From Perkinsus olseni (lineage: Eukaryota), in NCBI GenBank assembly GCA_013115125.1, contig JABANN010000337.1, positions 1-37,542 of the forward strand: DNA of 37,542 bases, given 5' to 3'. Below are positions 22,250-36,150 of the stretch, in pieces; within the stretch, counting starts at the first letter, position 1, and every line of letters begins with the position of its first letter. The notes under the pieces are model-generated. The model made no database searches. It worked only from the letters and a program-made list of their open reading frames with translations, and had not been told where the DNA came from. The position numbers and the translations under genes were made by a program.

Positions 22250-24100
22250 ACCTATCACCCTGAGGTGGTTATTCTTACGGCGAGATAATCAGGAGCACAG
22301 CCGGCACGCCAGCCCCTCACAACCAGCAGCAGTAGCAGCCTACTGTAGAACTCAAAAAAGTAGAATGAATCGAAACATGGCATCAATGAGAAGAGTAATG
22401 GTCATCATATAAACGGAGGGTATCGATAATAACTTCATCATCATCATCATTGTGATGATGGTGGTAATCACTAAGACATGATCCACTAGTAGGAGTAGTA
22501 CTACGACTACTCCACTGGCTAGCCGTAGTAGTAGAATCAGGAGGAGGAGGTAGCGGTGTTGATGATGATGCCTGCCGCATCTAACAACAACACCAACAAC
22601 AACATCAACATCCTACAAATCATCATCATCATAATCATCCTGTTCACCGAATCCATAATCGGTGGTGGTGGCCTATCTCGCCGTCTACTGCGCCGCCGCC
22701 CTCCACCAGTGATGACCGAACTGCTACTCCGTCGGCCTGATGAACACTATCCCTGATGATAATTGATAAGGTTGTTAGTACTGCTAGCGGTTGCAGTGGC
22801 CCTGTGGACAGGTGCGGTTGCTGCATGATGGTAATACGATGATGATGATGACGATGACGTTAGAGCAGGAGGGGGTGGTGGGGTCCTCACTACTACTGCT
22901 GTTGAAGTTGTTGATGATGATGATGATGATGTGACCACCATCGCCGCCGCTGCCTCGTCGAACCAGTGTGTAAAGTACTGTAATAATAACGAGTATGTAT
23001 CGAGGTGAGTACTATTATCATGCTACCTCCTGTGCTTGCCTGTGCCCTGGGTTGAACTGCAATACTTCGAGTAAGGCATCGAGGGCCTCTGCATGACATC
23101 CTCTCTCATGGAGCAACTTCGCTCTATTCAAGTATCTACCCATGATGACCACGATGGAGTTGTCCTATTGCCGAGTGCCTCCTCACTCATCATCATCAGT
23201 GGGTGTTTGGGTGAGTGCTGGTGTCGAGTCCACTGGTGATTCCGCCGATGAGTTGTTGATAACACAACTTGTCGTAGATGACTGCTGCTGCTGCACGGCG
23301 GACTGCCGTTGTTGGTGATGATCCATCATGGGCTGATTACAGACTACTGCTGCCGCTGCTGATCATCACCGTCATCCTCATACCATCTCTTCATTATCAT
23401 TATGATGATGATGATACCATTGGTGATAGGCATACTGCAGTAGTGCTGATAATGTATGACAACTACCACTTGTACCGTACTCACTCACTGCTTCAACCTG
23501 ATGATCATGTACATCGTATAGAGAGTATCCATTATGGATCGATTACCCAAGCGTTAACTCTCTCATCATCATCATCATCATCGCCAGCAGCAGCGTCTGT
23601 TGCAGTACCGTCACCATCATCACCGTGATGATGATTTGTGAGATAGACCAAGAAAGATGGATGAGGGCTGCTGCTGGTGGTGGTGGTGGTGGTGCTACAT
23701 ACTATAGTGACAGTATAGGGCCTGAATGGTGGAGGTAGGGAAGGGGGTAATGATGATGATTACCGCCCAGCTGTCGGGCCCTTGAGTACAGCAGTTATAT
23801 CGGTTATCATACCACCCGCTTCTGGGTCTATACCAACTCTTTCGATATTCATGAAGTTATTGTAGTACCGATCCATCTGCAGATATGATCAGATTGTCTA
23901 CGGTAATAATAATGGCACCTGCAGGGCGAGCTTCTCCCTGATATGCTCTGCTGGATGATGATGATAGGTGGGGACGGACGTTGCATCATCATCATCATCA
24001 TCATCATCTACATCATTCGGGATTATAGGAGATGATGATGACGACGAGGACGACGACGACGACGAGCTGCAGCTTTTCATGGTTAATATTACTATCAACT
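22250..24100 (-). CDS. Multi-exon low-complexity hypothetical protein with a possible TPR-like helix pair
   Basis: Exon-like segments AEHIREKLALQ|MDRYYNNFMNIERVGIDPEAGG... and IAKLLHERGCHAEALDALLEVLQFNPGHRQAQE flanked by GT/AG sites. Both ends are approximate. Confidence 0.4.
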
Positions 24101-24535
24101 ACTGAATGGAGTAATGGCCGACAAGGGGCTCCGGTGGGAGGACATGATGATGATCATGATTAACAGAGTAATAACACAACACTCCTTCGACAGACACCGG
24201 AAACAGCATGAACAACATTATGGAGAGTTACTAATGACGGATGCGCCTACCATCACTACACCCACAGTTAGTCGACGACCGTGCTGAGGATGATCAACAG
24301 AATCATCATCATCACGAAGTCTATCACCACCCATCATCTTTAGTTGTTGTTGTTGTTGTGGCTCTCGACTTCATGGCATAATACCGTACCACTGGGCTGG
24401 GGATGCTCCAACAGCAGCAGCATGCTGATGCCTGACTCGTCCGTCATCTTGCAGTAATGATAGGAGATGATGAGATATAACGGCACTCTAGTCACAACAA
24501 CACAATACGTATAATAGAGAAACCCGAGGTCGTAA

Positions 24536-24645
24536 TTATAGAGTTGATGATGATGAAGTGGTGGAGGGTGTCGATGCGTCCTTAACAGGCCAACAGATGT
24601 ACCTCAATTGATACGCCCTACTACTACTACTACCACCACCACCAC

Positions 24646-24679
<34 letters not shown>

Positions 24680-26217
24680 TGAGGGGTACTGGCCCGAACT
24701 CGTCATACTACATTCTACTGCCCACCATACCATATCACCGAAGTATGTATCATAATCGTTGTTGTCGTTATCATTCTCATGATACTGAAAACTGCGATTG
24801 ATGGATGCGGGCATCTCCTTGGTAGCCTGCATGAAGCCAAGGGCGTCCTTACCGGTATCAGCGGCACCGGACTGGATGATACATTGGGATATATACTTAG
24901 CGACCTCATCTAGTGATGCGTCATCCAACCAGTCATCATCGTCTTTGATATCGACTATTGCCTGTAATTTATGATACATACTGACCAGGCACTCCTCACA
25001 CTGGACCAGCTGTTGTGGATGTTGATGATGGGAGGGTGTCGCTAGAGGGAAGTCACGTAGTAAAGCATACACTAAGGGCGTATTAGTTGATATATTGTTG
25101 GGCGATAATGATGTTATTATTAAGCATAGCAAGCTTTGTAATAACAGTTCATTAGGGGTCCTTACGACCGCTGAAGTAGTAGAGACCCTACCCGTGGCAG
25201 CGACAGCAACACCACCCGATGATGATGCTATTAATTTGGTAAAGTGTAACAACCTTTGACAGGCATACCTGCAGGATGGTAGTAGGTGATGATGATAGAC
25301 TAGTACAAGTAGTAGTAGTACCAATGTAGATGGCGAAGGCCTCTCCCCTTTGCCATGTTCTGTAGTGTTGCTGCTATCGCTATCGTTAAGAAGTCATCCC
25401 GTCCTATTGGTGATTTACTCTGTGCAAAGTTCCAATGAGAGGCTCTTATTAATATCAATACCAATATGGATGATGCATCTACAACAACAGTGATGATGAT
25501 ATTGATGGTTATATTAGTACATGTCTTATTACTAACACCCGCAGCCGCGGGCTCTCTATTACCAACATCCATCTCTTCATCACCCAGCTGTTGTTGTGTA
25601 TCATCTACGAGCACGAATAAGGCCCCCTCCTCATCCTACAACCCGGGCATCCTTACCTCCCATCTCATAGTGTTTGATAGCATCCTCAACTGTATTGTCC
25701 ACCACCCAGCAGTCGGAGGCGTTGATGCAGCATCCCCCTTGCCGAACCTGATGCACATTCATAATAACAGCAGTAACAGCAGGTAGGGAGTGAGTACTAC
25801 TACCATCATGAGTAGGATAATGACTTTAAGGGTTGATAGTTGTGATGAGTAACGAGGCATGCCACTAGTTGATGATGATGATGATGATGATGCTGTATCC
25901 CTGTATCTACATAACCACCATCATCCGACCAATCGTATGATGATGATGATGATGTTATCACATAGCCCTAGCGATCGGCAGTAGGGCATCGGCTAAATCA
26001 GTCCGTGCCTGTAGTGATGCTAAGGCTACCGGACTGCGTACCACTAGGGTGTATCTATGATGGTGGTATACAAGAGAGTGATGATGATGATGATACCACA
26101 ATTACAGAGTTAGGAGCCGTAATGGGGTGTAGGCTGCCTCTTCCTGCACCAGTTGGAGGGCGACTCGGCATACCAACACATCAACCTCTTCATCATCTTC
26201 GTGCTGTTGGTGATGTT

Positions 26218-26264
<47 letters not shown>

Positions 26265-27489
26265 GCCCCACGGAATACTGCCGACCCCAAAGCCCTCATC
26301 CTCGGGTTCAGATGTAACTACTAATAAACCCTATGATGGTAGCTATGGGGCGGTAGTAATATTGCTATTATCACCATGATCATGAATATCTGCATGGCCC
26401 TATCCCTCAGCCGTAGAGTAGGGGATATCATACACCTTAATAGGAGTATCATAACTGTAGTTAATAGACGATGATCGATGATAGTAGTTATGCTATCTTC
26501 CATGTAGGGGTACAGGACACCACCACCTAATGATGAGGCTGGCCAAAGTCAATAAGATAATAACAGTATTACTGGTGTTAGTTTTCTCAGTCGTGTTGTG
26601 AGTATCTTCTATCCCCCATAGTGCCATGCATAGTTCGAATAGGGATGAATACAACCCTACCTACTACCGGATACTCATCAACATCTTCATCTATACCTTA
26701 TTGATGATACTACCGTGTCTTGAGACAAGGATGATGATGGACTACAGCCTATTATAAAGGCTGATCCTTTACTCAATTTGTGAAGGGTGGGCATGCGTGC
26801 GGCGGGTAATACTCTTACGGCCAATCTCAGTATCTACTAATTCATCATACCACTCCTTCCCCAAATCCTACTCTCATCATTACCACTGATAATGCAACAC
26901 AAGCTGCTATACTCCCTTCGCTTGGCGGCCCCTTGCTGCGTAATACCACATCAAGCTGTTTTAGGAATACCTCCACCAAGGATTCGAACCCACTACCTCT
27001 GGGTAGGTTACTCACCTAACTACCACTACACTACAACACCAGCTGCCAACAGTCGATGTCGTAACTACCAGCCTCTTCATCTCAATACCCTTATCGACAG
27101 CATTAGCCAATCTATTCAATCCATTGCAAATAGAATATTCAGGAGGAGTCCGCCCTCCTCCTCCTCCTGTCGTGATAATACCCAACAACTGCCAATATCT
27201 GTTCACCACACCCCTTCTACTGCATGACCCCAGTACTAGTATTACGGATCTGTTGATGGTATGGTATGATGGCCACCATTACTATCCTCCCCTATCCACA
27301 TGTTAGTATTATCAGTGACGTTACTTATCTCCTCCCCGGCAGCCGTGTACACTGCACTTTCTGATCATGAGACGATGATGAGGGGGAGGAGTGGTAGTAG
27401 TAAGAGCTACTACCAATAGCAGCGGTATTGAGTGTAGGAAGCAGCATACCATCAGTTGCAACAACAGTAGAAGAAGCAGTAGTACCCAT
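24536..27489 (-). CDS. DYM: Dymeclin (Dyggve-Melchior-Clausen protein) homolog, multi-exon
   Basis: N-terminal MGTTASS (myristoylation-type), ILVLILIRASHWNF..RDDFL..AATLQNMA..RHLHWYACQRLL, NTPLVYALL and FQYHE...YFGDMVW; these parallel dymeclin's conserved C-terminal blocks. Confidence 0.8.
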
Positions 27490-27925
27490 AACAAAAAACA
27501 ACAACTAAGGAAGGCGCTCACTGCTTCTAAAGCTCATCTCAAACATGCGGGATTGAGACTGGGCGAAAGTGCAATTATAGCGGAGCGAAGCGTGTCGTGT
27601 TCGTGATTTTCAGCGATCTTGTTGTTGGCGGTGGTCATTTCCATGATCGTGCGGCTACGGTCGTGGTGGTGGTAGTATTATTGTTGTTGAATATCAGTTG
27701 GACGATCATCTTGTTGTATCGTCTTAATTACTACCTCGTCCTACCATCATTACACACGACGCAGTATTATCCCAATCTGCATCATCAACACCACCACCCG
27801 GCCGCCACCCAAGTAAAGTCAATAGTAAACACATCCCCATACCATCTACCACCACAACAACAACAACAGCAGGAGGAGGAGGAGGAAGTATCAGTGGTCG
27901 TTAGTGGCCCAGTAGCAGTAGAAGT

Positions 27926-28564
27926 ATGACTAACAGACCAACTGATAGTAGTACCAAGAGAAGGACGCTGTTTAGTAAGAAGAAAGGTGGTAGTAAGGGT
28001 AGTAAAGTAGTATTAATAAAGAAGGGCGAATCACCGACTAATACCACAACTGCCCCAACTACTCCTGATGATGATGGCCAGCGGCACACAGCCAAGGGAA
28101 GAGGAGGAGGAGGGTTGATGATGAAGGAAGGGACTCTTAGTAGGCATGGTGATACCGCCAAAGTAGTAAGGGGAGGGGGATTACGTTCATTATCAGTACG
28201 GATACTAGTAGGTAACATATGTTAATACCACAACTCTACCTACTCTTACCAGCGCTACTGAAGGTGATAACACCACCAAGCAAGGTAGTAGTAGTGATAA
28301 TACGCCTCTGTTATTATGAGTGTACAGGTGCTCCTGTTAATAATAATAATACCAGTAGCAGTGGTGCTACAACCACTAGGAGTGTTGGTAATGCTACTAC
28401 TACTACAGGGGTAGTTGGTGGGGGTCCAGGAGGGGTAGCGGCAACAGGGAGTGGCAATAGTAGTAGTAGAAGCCCATCACCAGAAGGGAATAAGGATGAT
28501 CATCTTATGGGTGTTAATAAAGAGGCGACTACTAAGAAGAAGGGACATCAGCACATACGAGCTG

Positions 28565-28610
<46 letters not shown>

Positions 28611-29682
28611 GTTGTTGTTGATGTTGATGATGGTGACAGGTCCCAGCTGGGCTGATGCTGCCTATGATGATGATGACGATGATGATGATCTTTTATTACT
28701 ACCAACCAGTCGTAGAAGGGATGATGGCGACGGACCCCGTCCAACACCAGCAGGGACGGCGGGGGGCAGCAGTACTGAAAGATCATGGGGACTTAACAGC
28801 CGGGAAGGGGCTTCATCATCATCGAGGGTGAAAGATGAACAACAACAACAACAGCAGCAGCAGCTGGACGGGACACGGAGGAAAAGGGAGAGCAACAAAG
28901 GTAGTATCATGGGGTCCACTCTTCTTCATGTTATTATTATTATTATGCAGACAACATAACAGGCAGTTCTGCCGGTGGTGGTGGTGGTGGTGGTGGTGGG
29001 GTAGATTTACGGCGGATGCACGCTGATATGTCTTTCAAGGCTAGTGAGAGGAAGATGGCTAAGATAAAGGAAGAGGAGAGGGAGGAGGAGGAACGAAGGA
29101 GGCGTTGTGCAGAGAAGTTGAAGGAGTTAGATCAGCGCAAGAAGGCTAAGGAACAACAGCAGCACCATCCGGCAGTAGAGAGGCAGGGTAGTACTGCTGA
29201 TGATACAGCAGGAGCAGCAGGAGGGGTGATGACGAGGACAGAGAAAGAGGCTAGGCTATGGCGACCCACGGGTGGCTGGATAGATGACCATGATACGCCT
29301 ACCACTGGAGCAGGGGACACTAGGCTACTACGTCGCAAAGGGGCAGCAGGGGCAGCAGCAGCAGGAGGTCCTCCTCCGTCCGGTAGGGGTCATTCATCCT
29401 CATCCCTCTACGGAAGGTCATCATCATCATTAACAACAACAGGAGGAGGAGGGGCGTTCAATGTTAGGGGTACTGGAAAGTACGCTAAGGAGACTGCTTC
29501 CGAGAGGGTAATAATACCACACCATCCCTGCATCATCATAATCATCATCACTCTTCAGAGAGCCGATGCTACTACTACTACTACAGCTGCTAAGGAAGGG
29601 CAGCGTAGTAAGGTGGGGAAGAGTACAAAGCATGGTGATGGAGGAGATGATGAGTACACTACCGAGAGTGGGCACCGTTATC

Positions 29683-29740
<58 letters not shown>

Positions 29741-31733
29741 GCGTCATCATCATCACCACCATAAAACCACTGCTGGACCCTTATCCAGTGGTAGTAGCAG
29801 GAAATGGAGGAAAGATGATAACAACAGCAACAGGTAGTAGTACTAGTTACCATCTAAGTATTAGTAATCATCATTCTCCTGTTGTTGACGTTAGACGGCC
29901 GTCTTACACTCCCGCAGCCCGTCATTATGGACGGGATGATGGTGGAGGGGGAAGGGGCGAAGAAGAAGCATCATCATCATCATCCAACCCATCAAGTATG
30001 GAAGCAAAACAACAAGAGAAGTCCAAAGGAGGAGGAGGGGATATTAAGGAGGAGATGGCCAGCAGCAGCAGCAGTACGAAGGCAGCAGCTGCCAAAAACG
30101 GTCCCACTGGTGATGGGCTGATGAGGGGTAGGAGCTCCTCATCGATCGGTGGCCAACTATCAGCCTATGCTGCTGAGTTTATCCCAAGAAGGGCATCATC
30201 CAGTATGACTACCACTACTGATCCTCCTCCTGTCGGTGGTGGTGGCTATCATCATATTGGTGGGCCATACCCCTACACTGACCCTACACAGCACCAGCAG
30301 CCACAGCCACAGCCGTACCACCCTTCTTACTACCACGGCCCGGATGCCCATACAGCAGGGTATTATTATAATACTACTACCAGTAGATTCAATACGCCAG
30401 ATACTCAACAACAACACCACCATCCAACTCCCTCATCATCATCAACGATGGTAGTGGGTGGTGAAGGTGGTGGTGGTGGTGAAGGGCCCTCATCTGGTGA
30501 TGGTGTGGTAGTGGGAGGAGGCACCACTATGCAGTTTGCCTACCCCCCACCGCCACCAGCAGAGTTCCAAGGCCCATCCTCAACGCCACCAATAGACGAG
30601 GACCCTGGCCACCGCCGACAACAGCAGCAGCAGCAGCAGCAGCAGAGTGGTCCTCATACCTCCCCCAACCCGTCATCATCACCTACCTCTGCTCTACCAT
30701 CCCCACAACAACAACAACATGGACCACCGTCTTCATCATCATCATCGACCTACGAGGACGTCGGCGGTGGTGGTGACTCTTCCACTATTCAACAGGGAGG
30801 GGGTTATTACACACAACAACAGCAGCAGCAGGGAGCGTACTTTGGTGGTTCCTATTATAACCAACCTTACCACCATCGAGGTGGTGGTAGTAATATCCAA
30901 CCCCCCTCCCCATCGGGTATGCTCATGTATACCAACCCCCCTACTAACAATAATCAGCAACAACAACAACAACAACAACAACAGTATTATTATGACAATA
31001 CTGGTATGATGACTATTATGCAGCATCCACCGCCCTACATCGTACCATCATCACCACCACTCTATGCTGCTACCACAACAGGGTCAGTATTCCTACTCGC
31101 CATCTTACACTCGTCATCATCATCATCATCATCATATTCAGATACCCTCCTCCTCCTCCTCCTCATCATCATCCTGCTGCAGCCGCTGTATCATCATCAT
31201 CAGCATACGCCACACCTCCCCCTCATGCCACCGGCGGTGGCGGTCAGTATTGTACTGATTACACATCGCCCAATACTCAACAACAGCAGGGCTTTTATGA
31301 TGGTAGTAGTGGTGCTGGTGGGGGTTATTATGCAACAGGAGTAGCGGATGGAGTGGTACTAGCATCATCATCATCCTCGGCGGCGGCGATGGCGGCGCAT
31401 TATTACCCATCATCATCCCCTGATATGAGGTCATCCCCTTACTTACCTAATGGTATGTATGGTGGGCCAGTAGTAGGGGTACCTCCTCCTACTACTACCG
31501 GTAGTATGATATCATACGCAGGTGGTGGAGGAGGAGGAGGAGGAGGAGGAGGAGGAGGTGTATCACCATCAGCAACCCCACCACCACCACCACCACCACC
31601 ACCAGCAGGAGCAGGAGGACCAAGCTCCCAGTACTCACCATATGCCGTCATGCCACCATCATCATCAACATCAATACCCGCCAGCAGCGGCAGCAGCAGC
31701 AGTATGATGATGATGATGATGCATCAAGGGTAA
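27926..31733 (+). CDS. Intrinsically disordered PRRC2/BAT2-like protein with PAM2 motif, multi-exon
   Basis: KEEEREEEERRRRCAEKLKELDQRKK resembles the PRRC2 helical segment; also SWADAAYDDDD, PAM2-like QLSAYAAEFIP (30154-30186) and poly-Q/S/G/P/Y-rich tail. Confidence 0.6.
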
Positions 31734-32422
31734 TAATCCACCATCATGACCGTTCGTGTTGTCGTCCGCAATAGCCAAGGCTTTATATTAGATCCTTATC
31801 GTGCTAGTAAGAGTAGTACTGCTGTTGCTGCCTGTTGCTGCCAGGTACTATGTTCCTGTTGCGTCATCATCATCATCATCATCACCACCTCCCGCTACTG
31901 ATGATGATACTAAGAGGGATGATGAGGGGATCGCTGAGTAGCCTGTCATCGCTACTGCCCTACTACTACCATCGTCATCATCATCAGCAGCAGTAGTAAT
32001 AACAATAGTAGTATTTCTGTTTTCCGCTAGCAACGACAGCCGCACTGATGGTGGTGGTAGCCGTGCTGCTCTTCCTCATACTGCTGATGATGATAATGAT
32101 GATGGTGGTCTTCTAATTTTCCTGTGACGATCGTCTGACTAACACGGTAGCTCTGATGATGTCTAATCGTCATAATAACACTACTTGATAGTAATATCAT
32201 TGACCATACTTATACTAGTATAAGAGAGATGGTAGTAGTAGTAACAGCAGCAGCAGCAAGCATTAGTATTGGTATTAGTGGTACTTGTTGTTAGCCTCTC
32301 TGCTGTATTTACATTCTATTGCTACTACTGCCACGTAGTTGTTGTATTACTAATAATAATAACATCACTATTACTTCACCCTGTTGAGTTACCTATCATC
32401 ACTACTGCTGCTGCTTCTTAGC

Positions 32423-33028
32423 ATGTTATCATCATCATCATGGTCCCACCCGCCATCATCAGCCCGTAACAGAGGTATTATCGGTGTTATCATTAGTGTT
32501 AGTATATTCGTCTATTATATTGTGTGGGTTGTTATAACGCCATTTTATGATGGCAAAACTGGCGGTATAGAGGATATAGGTAGTAATAATGACGTATGCC
32601 GGGATCGAACCCACGACCATCCCACCCAGGTATATCATCATCATCCCCCTCCTCATTACTCCATCGTATCTTTCCACTACCGAGAAGTGTTGCCATCGAG
32701 ATACCGGTGTCCATCGGTATAATCATGCTGGGGATCATGACTTTGTAGTACTATTATTGGTTTATTGGCGCCCCTCAACGTTGGTAGAGGTGACATCGTC
32801 AACCCTTGATGTGATTCTCGTAGGTACCTCGGGTATATATTCACCCAACCAGAGTCCGCAATAGACAAATTAACACCAACGCCACAGGCTAAGATGAAAC
32901 GGAAGAAAGAGTTATCATCATTTTGGGAGCAGTTAGCATCACCCCCGTCATCATCGACAGATCGTCACAATAACGTTACAGAACCCACCAACCCCTTGGT
33001 GGCGGCTAACCGATCCAAATCCGAATGA
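32423..33028 (+). CDS. DPM2: Dolichol-phosphate mannosyltransferase regulatory subunit DPM2-like protein
   Basis: GVIISVSIFVYYIVWVVITPFYD...LLHRIFPLPRSVAIEIPVSIGIIMLGIMTLYLGYIF after removing introns 32580-32629 and about 32745-32823. Confidence 0.8.
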
Positions 33029-33138
33029 TACCATTATTCTCTTTCTTATACTATCATTGTATTATTACTCTTCTTCCTGCTGCTGTTGTTGAGTATTTAA
33101 CATCGTCATCATCGTCACCGCAGGTAGTACAGACGGGT

Positions 33139-33921
33139 ATGAGATTATCACCCTCCTCCTCCTCCTTTCGTCTACTACGTAAATGTACTTCAACTTACAA
33201 TTGGTATGCTGCCCACAGACCTTACCGCACCAATATCCTATCAGGAGGGGTCCTTGGCTTTATCGGTGATCAAATATGTCAAAGAGTTATCGAGACAGAG
33301 GATGATGGTGTTAGTTGGAGGAGGTCCTTCGCCATCACCACATTCTGTGCATACTACCAAGGAGGGGTTGATACTCTTATTTACGCCTTATATCATCGTA
33401 TGAGGATACCCTTCAGAGCGTCCAAGACGGCGTTCGGTCGGGGTATGATGATATCATTGTTCGATAACCTAATTCACGTTCCACTACTGTATACACCTGC
33501 ATTCTACACGACTCTGGGTTTACTACAACAACACACTATCAAGGAAACTATGGACACCATGCGGAGGGAGTATCTTCCAACTATTACATTATGTTGGGGG
33601 ATGTGGATACCATTACAGTTCATCAACTTTACACTAGTTCCTTTACGGTATCAGGTGGGTTCTACTGCTACTGCAGCTGTTGCCGTTGATGATCTTCTCT
33701 GTTGTTATCATCAGGTACTGTTCGTTAATGTAAGTTGCTTACTATGGAATGTCTGTCTGGATTATGTTGCTCATGGTGGTTTCACATCTCACCGGGGTGG
33801 TGGTGATGACGATGAGTTTATACATAAATGTCATAGTCACTGTGACCACGATCGACCGGTAAGTTATCTCGACATACAATTACATACCCATCATAATAGG
33901 GGCGAATCATGGTCGTCTTGA
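33139..33921 (+). CDS. Mpv17/PMP22 family membrane protein
   Basis: HRPYRTNILSGGVLGFIGDQICQ, SWRRS, FDNLIHVP and WIPLQFINFTLVPLRYQ|VLFVNVSCLLWNVCL; in-frame intron 33655-33714. Confidence 0.92.
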   Translation: MRLSPSSSSFRLLRKCTSTYNWYAAHRPYRTNILSGGVLGFIGDQICQRVIETEDDGVSWRRSFAITTFCAYYQGGVDTLIYALYHRMRIPFRASKTAFGRGMMISLFDNLIHVPLLYTPAFYTTLGLLQQHTIKETMDTMRREYLPTITLCWGMWIPLQFINFTLVPLRYQVGSTATAAVAVDDLLCCYHQVLFVNVSCLLWNVCLDYVAHGGFTSHRGGGDDDEFIHKCHSHCDHDRPVSYLDIQLHTHHNRGESWSS

Positions 33922-34356
33922 TTATAATCTTACTACTACTACGTTCAAATATTATAATATCATAATACTAACAACAGTTGTATGACACTATTGTTGTCGT
34001 TCTTGTGTTACATAGTAGTCAGTTCGACGATGGGTAGAAGTCACAAGAGTACGCCAACAACACTAAATATTGAATGATTGGCCAACTTGAAGCAGCCATC
34101 GCTACCCCATCACGAGCAGTACAGAGTGTTCTTCATCAATAAGAGTTAATCTGGTATGATGCTCATCAAACAATAAGCATCCTCATGCAATCTCGTTAAA
34201 ATGCCTTCCCCCAGGATGATGAAACACAACAGCCTAAGGTGATATTAGAAAAACTCTGTTGGTGGGGGTGTCAGAACAATCACGACGGATACTGCGCATA
34301 ATGAAAGGTTGAAAAAATGACGATCATCATCATCATCACAACTGCATCATTCATTT

Positions 34357-35220
34357 TCACACCTTAATCATTCTAATGCCACATCTCATGAGAAGATTGA
34401 TGTCCTGTGATACCAGCTTGGCACCAGTAGGATCTACGTAAATACCGTACTCATACTTAGGGTCAGTGAAGCAATCTTCCAATAATACATCACCAGTACC
34501 GATCCATTCAAACTTGCAATCTTCACCAATAACCTTGGATCTAGCCACCAAAAACTTGAAGAAGCCTTTAAGTTCATGATCAGCATACTGGGGGTAATCG
34601 AATAACTCATCCATGACTATGATGGTACCGGGTACAATCATATGGCCAAGATTCTTGAATATACTCACAGTAGACTCATACATAACAGAATCATTATGAA
34701 GCAGAGCGATGGTATCATTGTTATGTTGTTGGGCAAAATCTGGTAGGGTATCATCAAACATACCAACGACCAACTCGACGTTATCGGGCATCTCCGGTAG
34801 TTTAGTTTGAGCGAAAGAGCCTTTGGCTGTCTCCGGCATGGCGCCCTAAAAAGAAGATGATCGTCGCTCAACACCACTACTACTGTTGACTACCTGTTGC
34901 GGCACCCAATCACTCGGGAGGCCTGTAAAGCTGTCAAAGCCGTACATCCTCCTGCCATTCAGCTGACCAGCAATGTATCGAGTAAACCAGCCAGTACCGA
35001 TGCCAAAGTCAAGGATGAGACCCTTCTGGGGTATCATATCCCTCTTGAATATCTGATCCAGGGGTGCTGATGGCAACTTGGGTATTCTACCGTCACTCAA
35101 TGACGCTGCAGTATCTTCAACAAATTGACTGTAATCAGTAGTAGGACCGACAGACACGATAGAGTTCGGGTTCCCGCTACTGGAATCGGCAGCAGCAGAG
35201 GCAACTCTATTGGGAGCCAT
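34357..35220 (-). CDS. TylF/MycF-like class I SAM-dependent O-methyltransferase
   Basis: LILDFGIGTG, YGFDSFTGLP, VELVVGMFDDTLP, LLHNDSVMYEST and PGTIIVMDE; one intron at 34846-34893. Confidence 0.85.
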
Positions 35221-35299
35221 GACTGGGAGGGGAGGCGACAACAACTACAAGATAAACCGCTACTGCAACTCGCTGCACGACATCATCAACAGAAGGGAG

Positions 35300-35441
35300 G
35301 TGAAGGCTAGGGGGTGTTCATGATGACGCTAGGAGTGATTCAATGATGATGACGATGCTCATGATGAATCAGTAACACAACACAGGTGAGTTGTGCAATA
35401 CTCGGTCTCCTCCTCCACATCATAAGCACCGTCATCATGGC

Positions 35442-35511
<70 letters not shown>

Positions 35512-36108
35512 CATGATGATTAATTGAAACGGCATGCAGGTCAGTGGCGCAGGGCTATCCTATCCTTCTGGTCGAAGGAGGAGGAGGAGGAGGAGCCCTG
35601 ACCCACTGCTCTACTACTGCTGCTGCTGCTGACTACCTGATAGAGTGGTATCAATGGTGGTAGTGGTGGTGATGACTGTAGTCCTGTCTTTTGAGTATCA
35701 TCATCGTCGTCACCACTACCAGCAGCAGCAGCACGATCGTTATGTAGTGTGAGTAACAGTTCACATAAGTTGAACACATCTTCCAGAGTATCCTCCCTCT
35801 CTGAACAGCAGCATGAGGATCGTTACATGATAGTATGTTGATTACTACCTTGTAAGAGGCGTAGTAGTAGATTGTTCTGTTCTTCTAGTAATACACATCG
35901 AGACCTGATCATGATCATCATGATACATCCCCTGCTCCTCCTCCTCCTTGGGGTACTACCTTGTTCCTTCTCTCTGCATATTTTGTATAATATTATCACG
36001 CTGTATGACGATAGATTTCAACAGGGATATCTGATAAGTAACATCGGAAACTACTGCTGCTGCTGCTGATATGGCAGCTCATCAGACTTCTGTTTGAATG
36101 GATAAACT

Positions 36109-36150
<42 letters not shown>

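Noticed and set aside
29566-29880. Poly-Asn N-terminus of the 592-aa ORF and many poly-L/V/H/I ORFs at 22-37 kb
   Set aside because: Out-of-frame or antisense readings of trinucleotide repeats; the likely true frame here is poly-Gln followed by an intron.
32740-32830. Apparent premature TAG or stop read-through in DPM2
   Set aside because: Explained by a GT-AG intron that restores the frame (IMTL|YLGYIF).
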